Sequence record: HQ630627.1 | Length of the DNA: 64,000 nucleotides | Strand: one strand, 5' to 3' | Source of the DNA: Pseudomonas phage PhiPA3 | In this document: positions 10,299 to 20,598 of the stretch, one piece after another | Layout of the letters: every line of letters starts with the position of its first letter | Position numbering within the stretch: position 1 is the stretch's first letter | The notes under the pieces: generated by a model | Database searches by the model: none | What the model saw: only the letters and a program-made list of their open reading frames with translations | What the model was told of the DNA's origin: nothing | Made by a program: the position numbers and the translations under genes

Positions 10299-10428
10299 TA
10301 CCGTTACTCCTTAAAGGGTAGAAAAATTTAACTAGGGCAGCCATCTATGTTTAATATCTATGATTGACTGTTTTAGTTAACACTCATAACATCGAGTTTA
10401 AAGCTCCACATCTGGGAGAAACAAAGAG

Positions 10429-12525
10429 ATGTCCACGTACTTCAACGCTACCCCTAAGGTTGTGTTCAACGGGATTCGAGATCGTAGCCGCCGGCCGCTT
10501 ATTCGTCCGGATGTTACCTTCGCCCAACACACTCCTTTGCTGCGTCTTTTCACCGAGACTGGTCCGTCCGAAACTACTTACGTAGGTGATTCGGATGACG
10601 GTTTCGCTTCTGTGTTTGGTCAAAATTCCCTTGACTACCGTAGCAAGTATTTCAACCAGCAATCGCTGCTTGCTCTGCAAATGCTCGGCCAGGGTAATGG
10701 TTTCTACGTCAAACGTCTGAAACCTGAAGATGCTGCCAACCCGGCACGTATCATTGTTGCTCTGGACCTGGTCCAGGACAATATCCCGCTGACCATCACT
10801 CAACTGAGTGGTTTCAACTATCCCGATACCGTGCAAGACACTGGTAACGGTCCGGTAGCTTCGGCTAGCGATAAGGTTGAAGGTCTGCGTGCTCGTCTGA
10901 CCCTGATTCACGACAACGTGTCCGAAGTAGGTACCCAGCGCGTACTGCCAGGCAACCTGACTTCCACCATCGACAATACCCAGTCCACCCTGTATCCGCT
11001 GTTCGAGCTGCCCGCTTCGTTCTTCGGTGCACCAGGTAACAACCTGGGTATGCGGATCTGGGCTCCGACTGAAATCGATCCGGATGGTTACGACCAAGCC
11101 ACTGCGGCTAAGTTCCTGACCCGTCTGTACCGCATTCAATTCGTTGAACTGATGGATGGCTTCAACACCCCGACAATCATTAAAACTGCCAACGAAGAAG
11201 ACTACGTTAACGTATCCTTCGATGAAGGCGTTTGGTCCGCTTCTTATGATCGCGACCTGACTGTCGACCAAGTACTGATCGATCAGTATGCTGACGACGG
11301 CGTTGAATCGGGTCTGTCTCCGCTGTACAGTCCGTTCAGTGAATTCTACGTTTACCGCGACAACATCCGCTTGGTCCAAGAGCTTATCTACGACAACGAA
11401 GTACGGGTTAACCCGGCTATCGCTGCTGCTGTAACTGCTCCGACTCAAATCGACTTCCTGACCATGCTGCAAGAAGACGGCGATGCTTATCGTTCTGTTC
11501 TGCTTGAAGGTGCACTGGAAGGCGGCGTTGTCCTGGGCAAGAACTACACCATCTACGCCAGTGGCGGTACCGATGGTACTACCTCGCTCGACGAGTATGT
11601 CAAGCAGGTAGACATCGAGAACCTGAACTTCGGTAAACTGGGTGACCAGTACGAGAACGTTGCAAAATACCAATTCGGTGTTCTGTACGACTCGGGTCTA
11701 CCGATGGAATCCAAGTACAAGGCCATGAACGTGCTCGCTGCTCGTCGTGACCTGCAATACTTCTTCACTACCTTCGTAGAAAGCGACAAACGTCTGCCGA
11801 CTGCCTCGGAAGAAGTATCCCGCGTACAGGCTCTGATGACTCGTCTGAAGGCCTTCCCGGAATCTACTCTGTACGGTACTCCGGTTTGCCGAGCCATGAT
11901 TGTTATGCAATCGGGTCGACTGGTTGGCGGTGGTTATAACAAGTTCGTCCCGCAACTACTCGATGTAGCTGTAATGTGGGCCAAATATGCTGGCGCCGGT
12001 ACCGGCGTACTGCGTCCTGGTCTGGAGATGGACGTTGATCCGAACAACCGTGTCACCATGGTTAAGAACCTGAACGTTCCGTTCTTCAATGCTCGGACTT
12101 CGGCCAACCTGTGGGCCAATGGTGCAACCTATTCGTCCTCCTATGACCATCGTAGCTCGTACTATCCGTGCCTGCGTTCGGTGTACCTGGATGACACATC
12201 GGTTCTGCTCAGCCCCGTGACCGTTAACATCTGCTGCGTGATCATGCGTCTGATCCACAAGATCCACGCTAAGTTCTCGGGTAATGCCTTCCTGACCAAG
12301 GAACAACTCGTTGAGCGTTGCGACCAGGAAATTCTGGATCGCACCCGCGATATGTTCGGTGGTCGTGTGGATATCATCCCGCGCACCGAGATCACTCCGA
12401 TCGATGAAAACAACGGCTTCAGCTGGACTTGCACCGTGACTGTTGCGGCTAACAACCCGCGCACCGTTCTGGACTTCCGCCTGGAAACTGTACGTCGTGA
12501 GAACGTTACTGCGGATCAGCAATGA
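10429..12525 (+). CDS. putative contractile tail sheath protein
   Basis: 698 aa (phiKZ sheath gp29 is about 695 aa); strongly biased high-expression codon usage; followed by a roughly 290-aa putative tube gene. Confidence 0.5.
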   Translation: MSTYFNATPKVVFNGIRDRSRRPLIRPDVTFAQHTPLLRLFTETGPSETTYVGDSDDGFASVFGQNSLDYRSKYFNQQSLLALQMLGQGNGFYVKRLKPEDAANPARIIVALDLVQDNIPLTITQLSGFNYPDTVQDTGNGPVASASDKVEGLRARLTLIHDNVSEVGTQRVLPGNLTSTIDNTQSTLYPLFELPASFFGAPGNNLGMRIWAPTEIDPDGYDQATAAKFLTRLYRIQFVELMDGFNTPTIIKTANEEDYVNVSFDEGVWSASYDRDLTVDQVLIDQYADDGVESGLSPLYSPFSEFYVYRDNIRLVQELIYDNEVRVNPAIAAAVTAPTQIDFLTMLQEDGDAYRSVLLEGALEGGVVLGKNYTIYASGGTDGTTSLDEYVKQVDIENLNFGKLGDQYENVAKYQFGVLYDSGLPMESKYKAMNVLAARRDLQYFFTTFVESDKRLPTASEEVSRVQALMTRLKAFPESTLYGTPVCRAMIVMQSGRLVGGGYNKFVPQLLDVAVMWAKYAGAGTGVLRPGLEMDVDPNNRVTMVKNLNVPFFNARTSANLWANGATYSSSYDHRSSYYPCLRSVYLDDTSVLLSPVTVNICCVIMRLIHKIHAKFSGNAFLTKEQLVERCDQEILDRTRDMFGGRVDIIPRTEITPIDENNGFSWTCTVTVAANNPRTVLDFRLETVRRENVTADQQ

Positions 12526-12556
12526 TCCCAGTAACACACTCTTTTGAGGATTTAAA

Positions 12557-13432
12557 ATGAGACGTTATTCTGACCCGATCGCTCCTCAGTCTGGTTATGG
12601 TGCTGGTGGTTCTCGTAACACCATCAACATGGCTCAGGCTGGTACGGACGTAATGCGTCCTGATCTGGCCAACCTGGCGAGCAACACCCCTTACGTAGGT
12701 CGAAACGTGATCCCCTTCCTTCTGGAAGCTCCGCGTTTCTTCCAATACGCTAAGAACAGTCGTCAGCTGGTCCGTTCGCTCAAGGCTCTTATCGAGAACC
12801 ATGTGCGGACTATCGATGGTCTCCAGCAGACCATCACTGTCGACACCGCAGAAGCTCCGTGGGGCGGCTCCGGTGAAGCAATCCAAGCTGCCACCAACGT
12901 TACCCGTGCCCGTTCGACTCCGTCGCTGGGTTGCTGGGAACTGCAAGGTCGTGCTATCCAGCGCTTCCTGAAGTGGTGGATCACCTACGGTATCGGCGAC
13001 GAGAACACCAAGTATCCGCGCATCATTGCCGAAGGTAATGTACCGCCGGAGAAATACGATGCCACCTTCTACGGTGCCACCGTGCTGTTTGTCGAACCCG
13101 ACCCGACCTTCCAAGACGTTGTTAGCGCATACCTGTGCACCAACATGTTCCCGCTGTCCACTGGTCCGTGGGAATCCCGTAAGGATGCCGCTCAGATTGG
13201 TCAGAACCTCGATCTGTCGATTGAGTTCTCTGCCATGACTGACGTATCTGAAGGTGTGATCATGTACGCTCGTCAGCTGTTCCGTACCCTGAACATCAAG
13301 GGCATGAACCCCAACGACCAGCGTTCCTGGATCGAAAGCATTAGTGCTGACGTCCGTGCTGCGAACCTGGGTCTGGCTGACCAGCTGAACAACAGTGCTT
13401 CCAACCGCGTTACCTACGATGGAGCTGACTGA
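12557..13432 (+). CDS. putative tail tube protein
   Basis: 291 aa immediately downstream of the putative sheath, same codon bias; position-based. Confidence 0.35.
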   Translation: MRRYSDPIAPQSGYGAGGSRNTINMAQAGTDVMRPDLANLASNTPYVGRNVIPFLLEAPRFFQYAKNSRQLVRSLKALIENHVRTIDGLQQTITVDTAEAPWGGSGEAIQAATNVTRARSTPSLGCWELQGRAIQRFLKWWITYGIGDENTKYPRIIAEGNVPPEKYDATFYGATVLFVEPDPTFQDVVSAYLCTNMFPLSTGPWESRKDAAQIGQNLDLSIEFSAMTDVSEGVIMYARQLFRTLNIKGMNPNDQRSWIESISADVRAANLGLADQLNNSASNRVTYDGAD

Positions 13433-13659
13433 TGGAATTCCCCCTAGTCGCTGAGACTGACCAAGTACAATCTACTGGTAAGACCCCGATGGCTACGGGG
13501 GATGCCACTGAAGCCTATCGTAACTTCCTAAGCCCAGATGTGGCTGCTGAAGACGTTGGTTTGATTTACCAGTTGAACACAGCCGTGAAGAACGACATTG
13601 CGACATTGGATCAATCTAACCAAAGCCTCGTGGTCGAGGCTGGCGGCCAGTACGCTTGA
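13432..13659 (+). CDS. hypothetical protein
   Basis: 75 aa, ATGA overlap with the previous gene, followed by terminator. Confidence 0.4.
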   Translation: MEFPLVAETDQVQSTGKTPMATGDATEAYRNFLSPDVAAEDVGLIYQLNTAVKNDIATLDQSNQSLVVEAGGQYA

Positions 13660-13665
13660 CATATT

Positions 13666-13695
13666 GCCCCACCTTTTCGGGTGGGGCTTTATGCC
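13666..13695 (+). terminator. terminator hairpin followed by TTTATGCC
   Basis: GCCCCACC-TTTTCG-GGTGGGGC then TTTATGCCG. Confidence 0.6.
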
Positions 13696-13720
13696 GTCTA
13701 GATTTAAAGCATTTAAAACC

Positions 13721-13730
13721 CTATATTACA
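13721..13730 (+). promoter_or_regulatory. promoter-like motif CTATATTACA (class A)
   Basis: AAAACCCTATATTACAAATGTG, 43 nt upstream of gene 13773. Confidence 0.5.
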
Positions 13731-13772
13731 AATGTGATCTAACCCTTTCAAATACCAATAGGAATCTTCAAA

Positions 13773-14165
13773 ATGCAACAGATTAAAAACGCCATGGTTA
13801 CTCTGGTTGATACCATCCAACAAGGACTCATCAACCGTCCACAAAATTTCAACCATGGTCAAAGTACCTTGGTGGTTCGCGGTCTCAAAGAAGACAATGC
13901 ACGAGTAATCCAGTATGGTAACTCGCTTGAAATTATTCAACATGAGCAAAAGATCGCCCGTCTAAAAGTGACGTTTACCCACACCGATAATAATCATATC
14001 GTCACCACTGTAGGTGTACATGTAGATGGTGCAAACATCACTTACCTCAATGACAGTGATGTACTTGATACCACCGCACTGGTGGATGACTTTAAAACAG
14101 AAGCCGATATTTCTCAACGTTTGGATAACGTCGCTTCTCTGATGTGTAAGTTCTATTCCCACTAA
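13773..14165 (+). CDS. hypothetical protein
   Basis: 130-aa ORF 43 nt downstream of the CTATATTACA motif; RBS AGGAATCTTCAAAATG. Confidence 0.5.
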   Translation: MQQIKNAMVTLVDTIQQGLINRPQNFNHGQSTLVVRGLKEDNARVIQYGNSLEIIQHEQKIARLKVTFTHTDNNHIVTTVGVHVDGANITYLNDSDVLDTTALVDDFKTEADISQRLDNVASLMCKFYSH

Positions 14166-14175
14166 GGAAATTCAA

Positions 14176-14562
14176 ATGGCTATTTCCAAGGCGCAGCTGC
14201 AAGAAATGATTACTGAGTTGGACAACGGTTTGCGTACCAACCCAGATATGTTCAACATGGTTGCTGATGAACCGCCGTTTTATATTGATGACGGTCGTTC
14301 GGTAAACCAACTCGGCAACAACCTGTTCTTCACCTCTGGCATGCATACCACGGCCAATATCATGGTCATGACGCGTATCAATGACGAGGGTAGGCGTTTC
14401 GTACATGGGATCAACGTGGTCAACATGCACAACAACATCGTCTACTCACTAGCCATGGAAGAACCTGATGAGACCGATCACATTACATTCGATCAAATGA
14501 TCGAACTGGTGCGCGGTCTGTACAACCTTCCCAAGAAAAACAAGGAAAATGATGATGCGTAA
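14176..14562 (+). CDS. hypothetical protein
   Basis: 128-aa ORF with RBS AAGGAAATTCAAATG. Confidence 0.5.
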   Translation: MAISKAQLQEMITELDNGLRTNPDMFNMVADEPPFYIDDGRSVNQLGNNLFFTSGMHTTANIMVMTRINDEGRRFVHGINVVNMHNNIVYSLAMEEPDETDHITFDQMIELVRGLYNLPKKNKENDDA

Positions 14563-14899
14563 AATTCTCGTAAGTGTTCTGTTCGCTCTGGTACCTTGTG
14601 TAGTACAAGCCGAGGACAACCCTGACTTGCTCACCCAGATGTACCTGGACTCTGAGCTGGTCTACTGCAAGACCGGGGAATGCGTAGTAGTTGACACTGG
14701 TGAGACCTGGGAACAACCAGATATCACTGACGGCGTCTACAGTATCGCTTTCCCGGAAAACAAGTACACCGAGCAACAGATCGCAGACAGCGGTCCGTTT
14801 ATCTCCGACGCATGGCGCACTCGCATCGAAATGATGGAGCGCGACTGCACCCCACCGACCATCTCTCAGAAGTACAAGGACATGGTTGGTTGCCAATAA
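14549..14899 (+). CDS. small secreted/periplasmic protein
   Basis: N-terminal signal peptide MMMRKILVSVLFALVPCVVQA|EDN; four Cys in the mature part. Confidence 0.5.
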   Translation: MMMRKILVSVLFALVPCVVQAEDNPDLLTQMYLDSELVYCKTGECVVVDTGETWEQPDITDGVYSIAFPENKYTEQQIADSGPFISDAWRTRIEMMERDCTPPTISQKYKDMVGCQ

Positions 14900-14907
14900 C
14901 GGCATAA

Positions 14908-14950
14908 GCCCTCCCTTCGGGGAGGGCATTATGTTGTTTTTCTTTTTAGG
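14908..14950. terminator. terminator at a convergent gene junction
   Basis: GCCCTCCC-TTCG-GGGAGGGC, then CATTATGTTGTTTTTCTTTTT. Confidence 0.7.
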
Positions 14951-16196
14951 TTCGAGTGTAATAGTTCTTACACATCGCCCTCAAGATAACATAGAGCATC
15001 AAACCTGTTCGAGTAGCCGCAATGTGGCCTGCATATCGGTTACCGGTTGCATCACGTACCATCTTCTCCCCTGTGTCACGAATGAACAGGACTTGCTCGT
15101 TCGTGGTCTTAGAGGCCATGATCTTAGCTCGGATCTTCGTCAGCAGACCAATGAGATCGTTGTTACGTTGAACCGAGGTACGGATCGACTGCATGTAGTC
15201 AAAAGCGTAAAGCAGGGATTCATCGATGAATTTCTCAATGAACTCCATCCGCTTCAATCCCACGTTACGAGAAATATACTGAAGCGTGGGGACGAGCATG
15301 TGCTCTGGCATGGTGGGCATTGCTTTGTAGATCACTGACAGCAATTCTGGACGAATGAACGATTGCTCTGATGTCACCACCCCATGCATGTACCGCAGGT
15401 AGCTGGCGTAACCTGATGACTTGTCTTTAAGGACTTGTTCGCCATCGGTGTTCACTTGGACATCGGATGTAATGATCACCTTGGCTCCAGACTGAAGTGT
15501 CTGGATGTAAACACTGTAATACTTGTTGACGAGTTCACGAATACGGGACTGCGTGTCTGTTACGATTCGCTTAGCCCAATACGTGTCATCACGTTCACGG
15601 TCCAACAGATAGTTCTGATAGATATTCTCGTGGGTATTTGCAACAATCCCTTCAGCACGTTGACGGATGAGTTTACCCCAACTACCAATCGCTTTGATAT
15701 CGAACTTGTAGTTCAATGCAGCGAAGGTAGCTTCAGCAACTTCCCGACGAGCCGGATATTTGAAACGTCGAACCAATAGTGAGGTCAAGTACTTAAAGTG
15801 CAGGACCATAAAAGCACTGACCATTGCCTCGTGACGAATGTTCAGGGGAATGTTGGTTTCTTTGTTCAAGCGCATTGTGATATACCCTGGAAGGTAGTTG
15901 AATGCGTCTGAAGCAACAATGTGTGATGTATCGATTCCCTCTGCACGGTCGAAGTCGTGTTTGAGTAGATCGTCATCTACTCCGAGCACGTCATCAAACC
16001 AAAGCTCCCGATCTGTGTCGTAGAACTTAATCTCGTTCACACCCATCAACACTCCACCAAAGAACGCGGAGTGATCTTCGTTTCGGTTCATGAACCGAAC
16101 ACAATAATCGGTGATTCGTTTGCAGAGGTCACGATCAAACTTGACACCCTCGAAATGCTTGTCGAGTGTCTCGCGGACGGTGAGAGCCATGACCAA
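14946..16196 (-). CDS. hypothetical protein
   Basis: 416-aa ORF on the minus strand whose 3' end abuts the bidirectional hairpin at 14908. Confidence 0.55.
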   Translation of the reverse strand: MVMALTVRETLDKHFEGVKFDRDLCKRITDYCVRFMNRNEDHSAFFGGVLMGVNEIKFYDTDRELWFDDVLGVDDDLLKHDFDRAEGIDTSHIVASDAFNYLPGYITMRLNKETNIPLNIRHEAMVSAFMVLHFKYLTSLLVRRFKYPARREVAEATFAALNYKFDIKAIGSWGKLIRQRAEGIVANTHENIYQNYLLDRERDDTYWAKRIVTDTQSRIRELVNKYYSVYIQTLQSGAKVIITSDVQVNTDGEQVLKDKSSGYASYLRYMHGVVTSEQSFIRPELLSVIYKAMPTMPEHMLVPTLQYISRNVGLKRMEFIEKFIDESLLYAFDYMQSIRTSVQRNNDLIGLLTKIRAKIMASKTTNEQVLFIRDTGEKMVRDATGNRYAGHIAATRTGLMLYVILRAMCKNYYTRT

Positions 16197-16240
16197 ACCT
16201 CATTGATTAATCAGATCATTGTAGTAAAAAATATTTAAGA

Positions 16241-16250
16241 ACTATATCAC
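16241..16250 (+). promoter_or_regulatory. promoter-like motif ACTATATCAC (class B)
   Basis: Member of the (A)TCTATATCA(T/C)(A/G)G family; here it ends 1 nt before ATG 16251. Confidence 0.35.
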
Positions 16251-17273
16251 ATGGCTGCATTGACATTAACTGAACAAGGACATGCAATGAAATTCAATGA
16301 TTACAAATACGAGGAATGGAACCCGCAGGCGTCTGGGTTTGATATTTTTGAATCCAGTACTCAGTTCACGGAAGGTAAGCTGTTTATTTCCCCATGGCAA
16401 TTCGAGAACGATCAGAGGACTATCGTCGACAAGCGTCATCCGGGTGCATTCAACCAGTTCTTCGTGAACCCTGAAACCCGTGTGGCACTTGCCAGCATCC
16501 GCGTAAGTCTGGCGGGTGGTATGTACTGGCGTGGGGATAGTCTCGGTTACTCGGATGTCGACGAGTACGATACTGAGGCATCACCACATAAGTTCGTCCA
16601 ACGTTCGACCGATGTTTCCAAGTTCGCTTTCGAGGAATTCCTCAATCGTCAACTGGGGCGTGCTGAGATCAGCGCGTATGATCGGACCGTAGTGAAGAAT
16701 CTCGCTAAGATGTATACCAAGCTCGCCCGCGAAGGCGAGATCACGGAGATGCAGTTCCACGATGCATACCCCGACGTTGGATACCATTACGTACATGTCC
16801 GCATCGATGGCCACATTGGTGACATCAATGTCTCCATGAATGGCTATCTTGGTCTTGGCGACAAGGTTGATTTCAAATGGCTGTCTAAATGTGGTAGCTT
16901 GTTTGCCGTGGCCGATATATTAAACTACGCACATATCCGTCAAATGTTCGGGAATATGTGCGTCAGGATCTACAAAGCATCGGGGGATGTAACGTATGCT
17001 CTGGCTTCACTTGGCAAATATGCGATAAATGATCCGGACAATAATCCTGGTGTTCTACATCAGCTCCATACTGCCAATCATTTACAGGAACTTATGGTTG
17101 AGTCGGATAACCCGAATGCCGGGTTAATCATCGAACTGGTGAATACCGCCATTAAGGAACTGGGTCTTCTCACCTACCAAGGTTCAGATCTGAATGTTCT
17201 GAAGTACGGAACTCAATTGCGTTTGAACTACGCGAGTGCCAGCCACCAATACACCTTCACCGTAGACCATTAA
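16251..17273 (+). CDS. hypothetical protein
   Basis: 340-aa ORF; the ACTATATCAC motif ends 1 nt before the ATG. Confidence 0.55.
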   Translation: MAALTLTEQGHAMKFNDYKYEEWNPQASGFDIFESSTQFTEGKLFISPWQFENDQRTIVDKRHPGAFNQFFVNPETRVALASIRVSLAGGMYWRGDSLGYSDVDEYDTEASPHKFVQRSTDVSKFAFEEFLNRQLGRAEISAYDRTVVKNLAKMYTKLAREGEITEMQFHDAYPDVGYHYVHVRIDGHIGDINVSMNGYLGLGDKVDFKWLSKCGSLFAVADILNYAHIRQMFGNMCVRIYKASGDVTYALASLGKYAINDPDNNPGVLHQLHTANHLQELMVESDNPNAGLIIELVNTAIKELGLLTYQGSDLNVLKYGTQLRLNYASASHQYTFTVDH

Positions 17274-17295
17274 TTCACACCAAGGGGAAAATGCC

Positions 17296-17958
17296 ATGTT
17301 TCTCACCAACGCCCTAATTGAAGAACTGGGTAAGCGCCTGATGAGCGGTAACCGTGATGAAAACGATCTAGGTAGTATGTTCGCTTATATCTTGGGTAGC
17401 GGCTTCGTTCAAGATGGATCCAATGTCACTCAGGAAGAACGTTCGTTCTATCTGAATATGGAAGACGGCACTACGGGTGAGTGGGAAATTGAGGTAAGTT
17501 CCCGAGATCGGTTCAACTGGCATAATCCTCGTCTGCGTGAGATTAACAACCAGGAGCGTTGGCGTACGATCCTCCATGGGAAAGATGAGGTATGGCAACT
17601 CAGTGCACGTCTTGCATTTAATGCGCTAAGATACGTGCAAGAAGCGATTATGTGGCATCGTTTGGAACATGAGTTCGTTCCTGAGATCTCCGTCTTCGCT
17701 GATACCGAACTGGGTCGCACGTACTTCATGTGCGGTAAATTCGTACTGTGCATCAGCTATCGCTCTGACCCCACCCAAGCAATCTCCAGCAATGGAATCT
17801 TTGCTTGGTTGGATGCGATGGAGAACCATTACGGTGCGGTGAGTGATGATGACATCGTGTGTGCACTGATCGATAATGGTAACGTGGTTATTTCAGTAAA
17901 TGGCATTCGCTATGACACCGGGATGAAACGTCATCAGTTCTCGGCAATGTTCGACTGA
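17296..17958 (+). CDS. hypothetical protein
   Basis: 220-aa ORF, RBS AAGGGGAAAATGCCATG, terminator follows. Confidence 0.55.
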   Translation: MFLTNALIEELGKRLMSGNRDENDLGSMFAYILGSGFVQDGSNVTQEERSFYLNMEDGTTGEWEIEVSSRDRFNWHNPRLREINNQERWRTILHGKDEVWQLSARLAFNALRYVQEAIMWHRLEHEFVPEISVFADTELGRTYFMCGKFVLCISYRSDPTQAISSNGIFAWLDAMENHYGAVSDDDIVCALIDNGNVVISVNGIRYDTGMKRHQFSAMFD

Positions 17959-17964
17959 TATAAC

Positions 17965-18005
17965 GCCCTCCCTTCGGGGAGGGCTTTATGCCGTTTTTCT
18001 TTTTA
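17965..18005 (+). terminator. intrinsic terminator
   Basis: GCCCTCCC-TTCG-GGGAGGGC, then TTTATGCCGTTTTTCTTTTT. Confidence 0.75.
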
Positions 18006-18046
18006 TCATGTGTAAGCATTCCCTAAATATCATAAAAGAGGTGCGT

Positions 18047-18805
18047 ATGGGCTGTTGTAAAGATAGGCCGGCTCCTGACACGAACGTTCCGTTCGATCAG
18101 ATGGGGTCCAGCTGTGGCGTCTATGCACATCTGCATGACATGTTTGTTTATTTTAAAGATGAACGGGCTGGGGCTATCCCCTGCGATACTTCTCGCTACG
18201 CCGTTGAATGGATCGGTATTGATGCTTCGACGTATGGTTATATCGTGACGGACAAGCTGACTGGTGAAACTCTGGAATATCAGGTTGTAAAAGAGTTCAC
18301 CAAGGAAGGCCCTCAGGAGGCGTTTGAGCGCGATTGGCGAGATCGTGAGCTACGCTATAACAGAGGCATCAATCGTGCGTTAGAGGACCATTTAGAGGCC
18401 TTGCAGGACAACTCCCCTGATAAAGACTATAAACTGGTTCGAGATAGTGAAGGTTACAAGATTATTCGAGCACTCGATGATAAGCTTGGAGTGGTGTTGT
18501 TCCGTGTAGATTATCGTCATGAACTGCTCGATGGTCCGGTACCCCTGTTTACCGAGATCCCCGAATTCCCCGAGATTCCTGGTGAAGTGGGTCGTTCATT
18601 TGATCGTCTGGTTAAGCGATTCAACAAACTGGGTGTGTTCTTTGATCCACCGGTAATCGAAGAAGTCAAGGACTATCACAAAGTGAGCATGTCTGGCAAA
18701 GCTTATCGGAACTCTACGACCAAGAATATCGTAACCATTACCTACCAAGAACTTCTGATGTCAGATGATGACCTGAGACGCTACCATGCCTACTACTCCA
18801 TCTAA
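18047..18805 (+). CDS. hypothetical protein
   Basis: Start moved to ATG 18047 (MGCCKD...) with RBS AGAGGTG; the ORF track's 18008 start lies in the terminator T-run. Confidence 0.5.
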   Translation: MGCCKDRPAPDTNVPFDQMGSSCGVYAHLHDMFVYFKDERAGAIPCDTSRYAVEWIGIDASTYGYIVTDKLTGETLEYQVVKEFTKEGPQEAFERDWRDRELRYNRGINRALEDHLEALQDNSPDKDYKLVRDSEGYKIIRALDDKLGVVLFRVDYRHELLDGPVPLFTEIPEFPEIPGEVGRSFDRLVKRFNKLGVFFDPPVIEEVKDYHKVSMSGKAYRNSTTKNIVTITYQELLMSDDDLRRYHAYYSI

Positions 18806-19109
18806 CTTAGTTCCTGTAACTGTTGAAGAGATCAGAGCCGCGTTAGCGGTACCGATCGGCTACACCCGTGAGACCATTCATCGACTGTTCAATATTTCCA
18901 ACAACGATCCGCTGCCAGATACCTTGAAGTTCTTTAAGCAGGTCGAACAAGCCAACGGTTATCGTTACATTGCACGTGAACCCAATAGCATGACCATCGG
19001 CATTACCTTGGGGGATGAGGCTGTAACCAAAGCTAACATCCTGGCCTACATCAAGAAAGCTGCACCTAATGTGATCGACTTGAGTCCTTGGGCTACAGCT
19101 GAGACCTAA
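18786..19109 (+). CDS. hypothetical protein
   Basis: 107-aa ORF overlapping the upstream gene by 20 nt. Confidence 0.5.
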   Translation: MPTTPSNLVPVTVEEIRAALAVPIGYTRETIHRLFNISNNDPLPDTLKFFKQVEQANGYRYIAREPNSMTIGITLGDEAVTKANILAYIKKAAPNVIDLSPWATAET

Positions 19110-19115
19110 CATAAC

Positions 19116-19145
19116 GCCCTCCCTTCGGGGAGGGCTTATGCTGTA
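19116..19145 (+). terminator. terminator hairpin followed by TTATGC
   Basis: GCCCTCCC-TTCG-GGGAGGGC then TTATGCTG; weak U-tract. Confidence 0.55.
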
Positions 19146-19191
19146 ATTAATTTCAGATCTACATTACAACAGTGCATTTATCCCAAACCAA

Positions 19192-19974
19192 TTGGAGCGT
19201 TTAATGTCTAAGCTGAAGAACATTTCGGACCTGGTTAACATCCCATCGAAAGTAATCGACCATTACGCCGCCATCTACCTGCGGACCTATAACACGCATG
19301 GTGACCGACAGTTTTACTGGGAAGTCAGTGAATCACACGGTACGGTCGCTCCGATGTTGCTCATGGACAAAGCCTCCATTGCACGTATTCGCTGTAATGC
19401 ACCATTTGGTTCAGCCGAATACGACATTGCATGCGCTGAAGCAATCGAAAAGGTTATGCTTACCCCCAGCGTTTGGAACATTCCTCGGGTGCGCCGGGCG
19501 TTTGCCGATCTTGAGGAAGATGTTGTTGAAATGGATCTGGGCTTCGACAGCAACTGCATCTACAAATATATCCCTGAAGATGGGGATAGGAAATCGTTCC
19601 GTATCAAGCTGGTGAATTTTGAATCCAGTTTTGATGTATCGAACAAGACGCTGGTATCCAGCCATGAATACACCATTGGTCAGCCTACCAATGACACTGT
19701 TTGGCCACAGTGGCTGCTACTGAGTGCTGAACGGTTGATGGCAGTAGCTATGCTTCGCGCAGCTAAAGAATACAACATGCAACTCAAGCCTTGGTTCTAT
19801 CTGGAGGCAAATGGTGACCGATGGTTCACCCTCACGAATGAGAGTGCTAATCTGGGTGAAAATGCTAAGGGTGTGGGGATTGTAATCCACATCCCCAACA
19901 ACCCTTACATTGACATGGAAACATGCAAGCTGCGTAAGGAGTTTGTTCGGGTTGTTCAAGAGATGGTTGTTTAA
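19192..19974 (+). CDS. hypothetical protein
   Basis: 260-aa ORF flanked by terminators at 19116 and 19983; RBS GGAGCGTTTAATG. Confidence 0.55.
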   Translation: MERLMSKLKNISDLVNIPSKVIDHYAAIYLRTYNTHGDRQFYWEVSESHGTVAPMLLMDKASIARIRCNAPFGSAEYDIACAEAIEKVMLTPSVWNIPRVRRAFADLEEDVVEMDLGFDSNCIYKYIPEDGDRKSFRIKLVNFESSFDVSNKTLVSSHEYTIGQPTNDTVWPQWLLLSAERLMAVAMLRAAKEYNMQLKPWFYLEANGDRWFTLTNESANLGENAKGVGIVIHIPNNPYIDMETCKLRKEFVRVVQEMVV

Positions 19975-19982
19975 GGCATAAT

Positions 19983-20021
19983 AGCCCTCCCTTCGGGGAG
20001 GGTTTTAAACCGTTTTTTTTT
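19983..20021 (+). terminator. intrinsic terminator
   Basis: GCCCTCCC-TTCG-GGGAGGG, then TTTTAAACCGTTTTTTTTT. Confidence 0.7.
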
Positions 20022-20045
20022 CGCGGCCGGGCCCGGCGCCGCGCG
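20022..20045. other. GC-only palindrome CGCGGCCGGGCCCGGCGCCGCGCG
   Basis: Perfect palindrome core GCCGGGCCCGGC between a terminator and a 300-nt AT-rich region. Confidence 0.5.
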
Positions 20046-20299
20046 TAATATATCTTGTTTAAAGAGGTTAAGTACTCCGATAGGAGGAATTTTCTCTTAT
20101 TTTGTTTTTCTTTAAGAAAAGATTTACTCAGATAAATAGTAATTATATGTGGGGGGACCCTTTGGGGGGGTCCCATATATAATTTCCTTATTCTTAGCTT
20201 TAGCTAAGTTTAAGGGAAATATACCAATATGACCTATTTTAATAGAAGAGGGTGTTGGGACTCCAAGTCCCATTCCACCCATTAAATATTATTTTAAAT

Positions 20300-20309
20300 C
20301 TATATTACC
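20300..20309 (+). promoter_or_regulatory. promoter-like motif CTATATTACC (class A)
   Basis: TTAAATCTATATTACCTAGTTG, 38 nt upstream of gene 20347. Confidence 0.5.
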
Positions 20310-20346
20310 TAGTTGTATTTCATAAAAATCTAAAAGGACTATCACA

Positions 20347-20589
20347 ATGACCAAAACTCTGATCTATGACAAACTCTATTTGGTAGAGAGTCTCATTGAC
20401 CTTTCTGATCTCATTGAACAAGTAAAAGAAAAGCAAAAAGTTGATGAAGTCAGTTATCATACTGCCACGGGTCGTAGACCCTTATTCTCATCCTCCTTTC
20501 CCCAAGTAGTCTTGTTGGAGATTGATCGGGAGTATGCCTCCCCCACGATCCTGCGAGTCTACCACGTTCCTCCCTCTGAAATCGTCTAA
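20347..20589 (+). CDS. hypothetical protein
   Basis: 80-aa ORF 38 nt downstream of the CTATATTAC motif in a long AT-rich leader. Confidence 0.4.
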   Translation: MTKTLIYDKLYLVESLIDLSDLIEQVKEKQKVDEVSYHTATGRRPLFSSSFPQVVLLEIDREYASPTILRVYHVPPSEIV

Positions 20590-20598
20590 GGACTGAAC

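Noticed and set aside
20140-20285. Possible tRNA or other small RNA gene formed by the two G/C hairpins in the AT-rich island
   Set aside because: No cloverleaf could be built: no 7-bp acceptor stem with a complementary 3' end, and no GTTCRANYC T-loop. Loops are 4-7 nt with wrong spacing. Kept only as generic hairpins in a finding.
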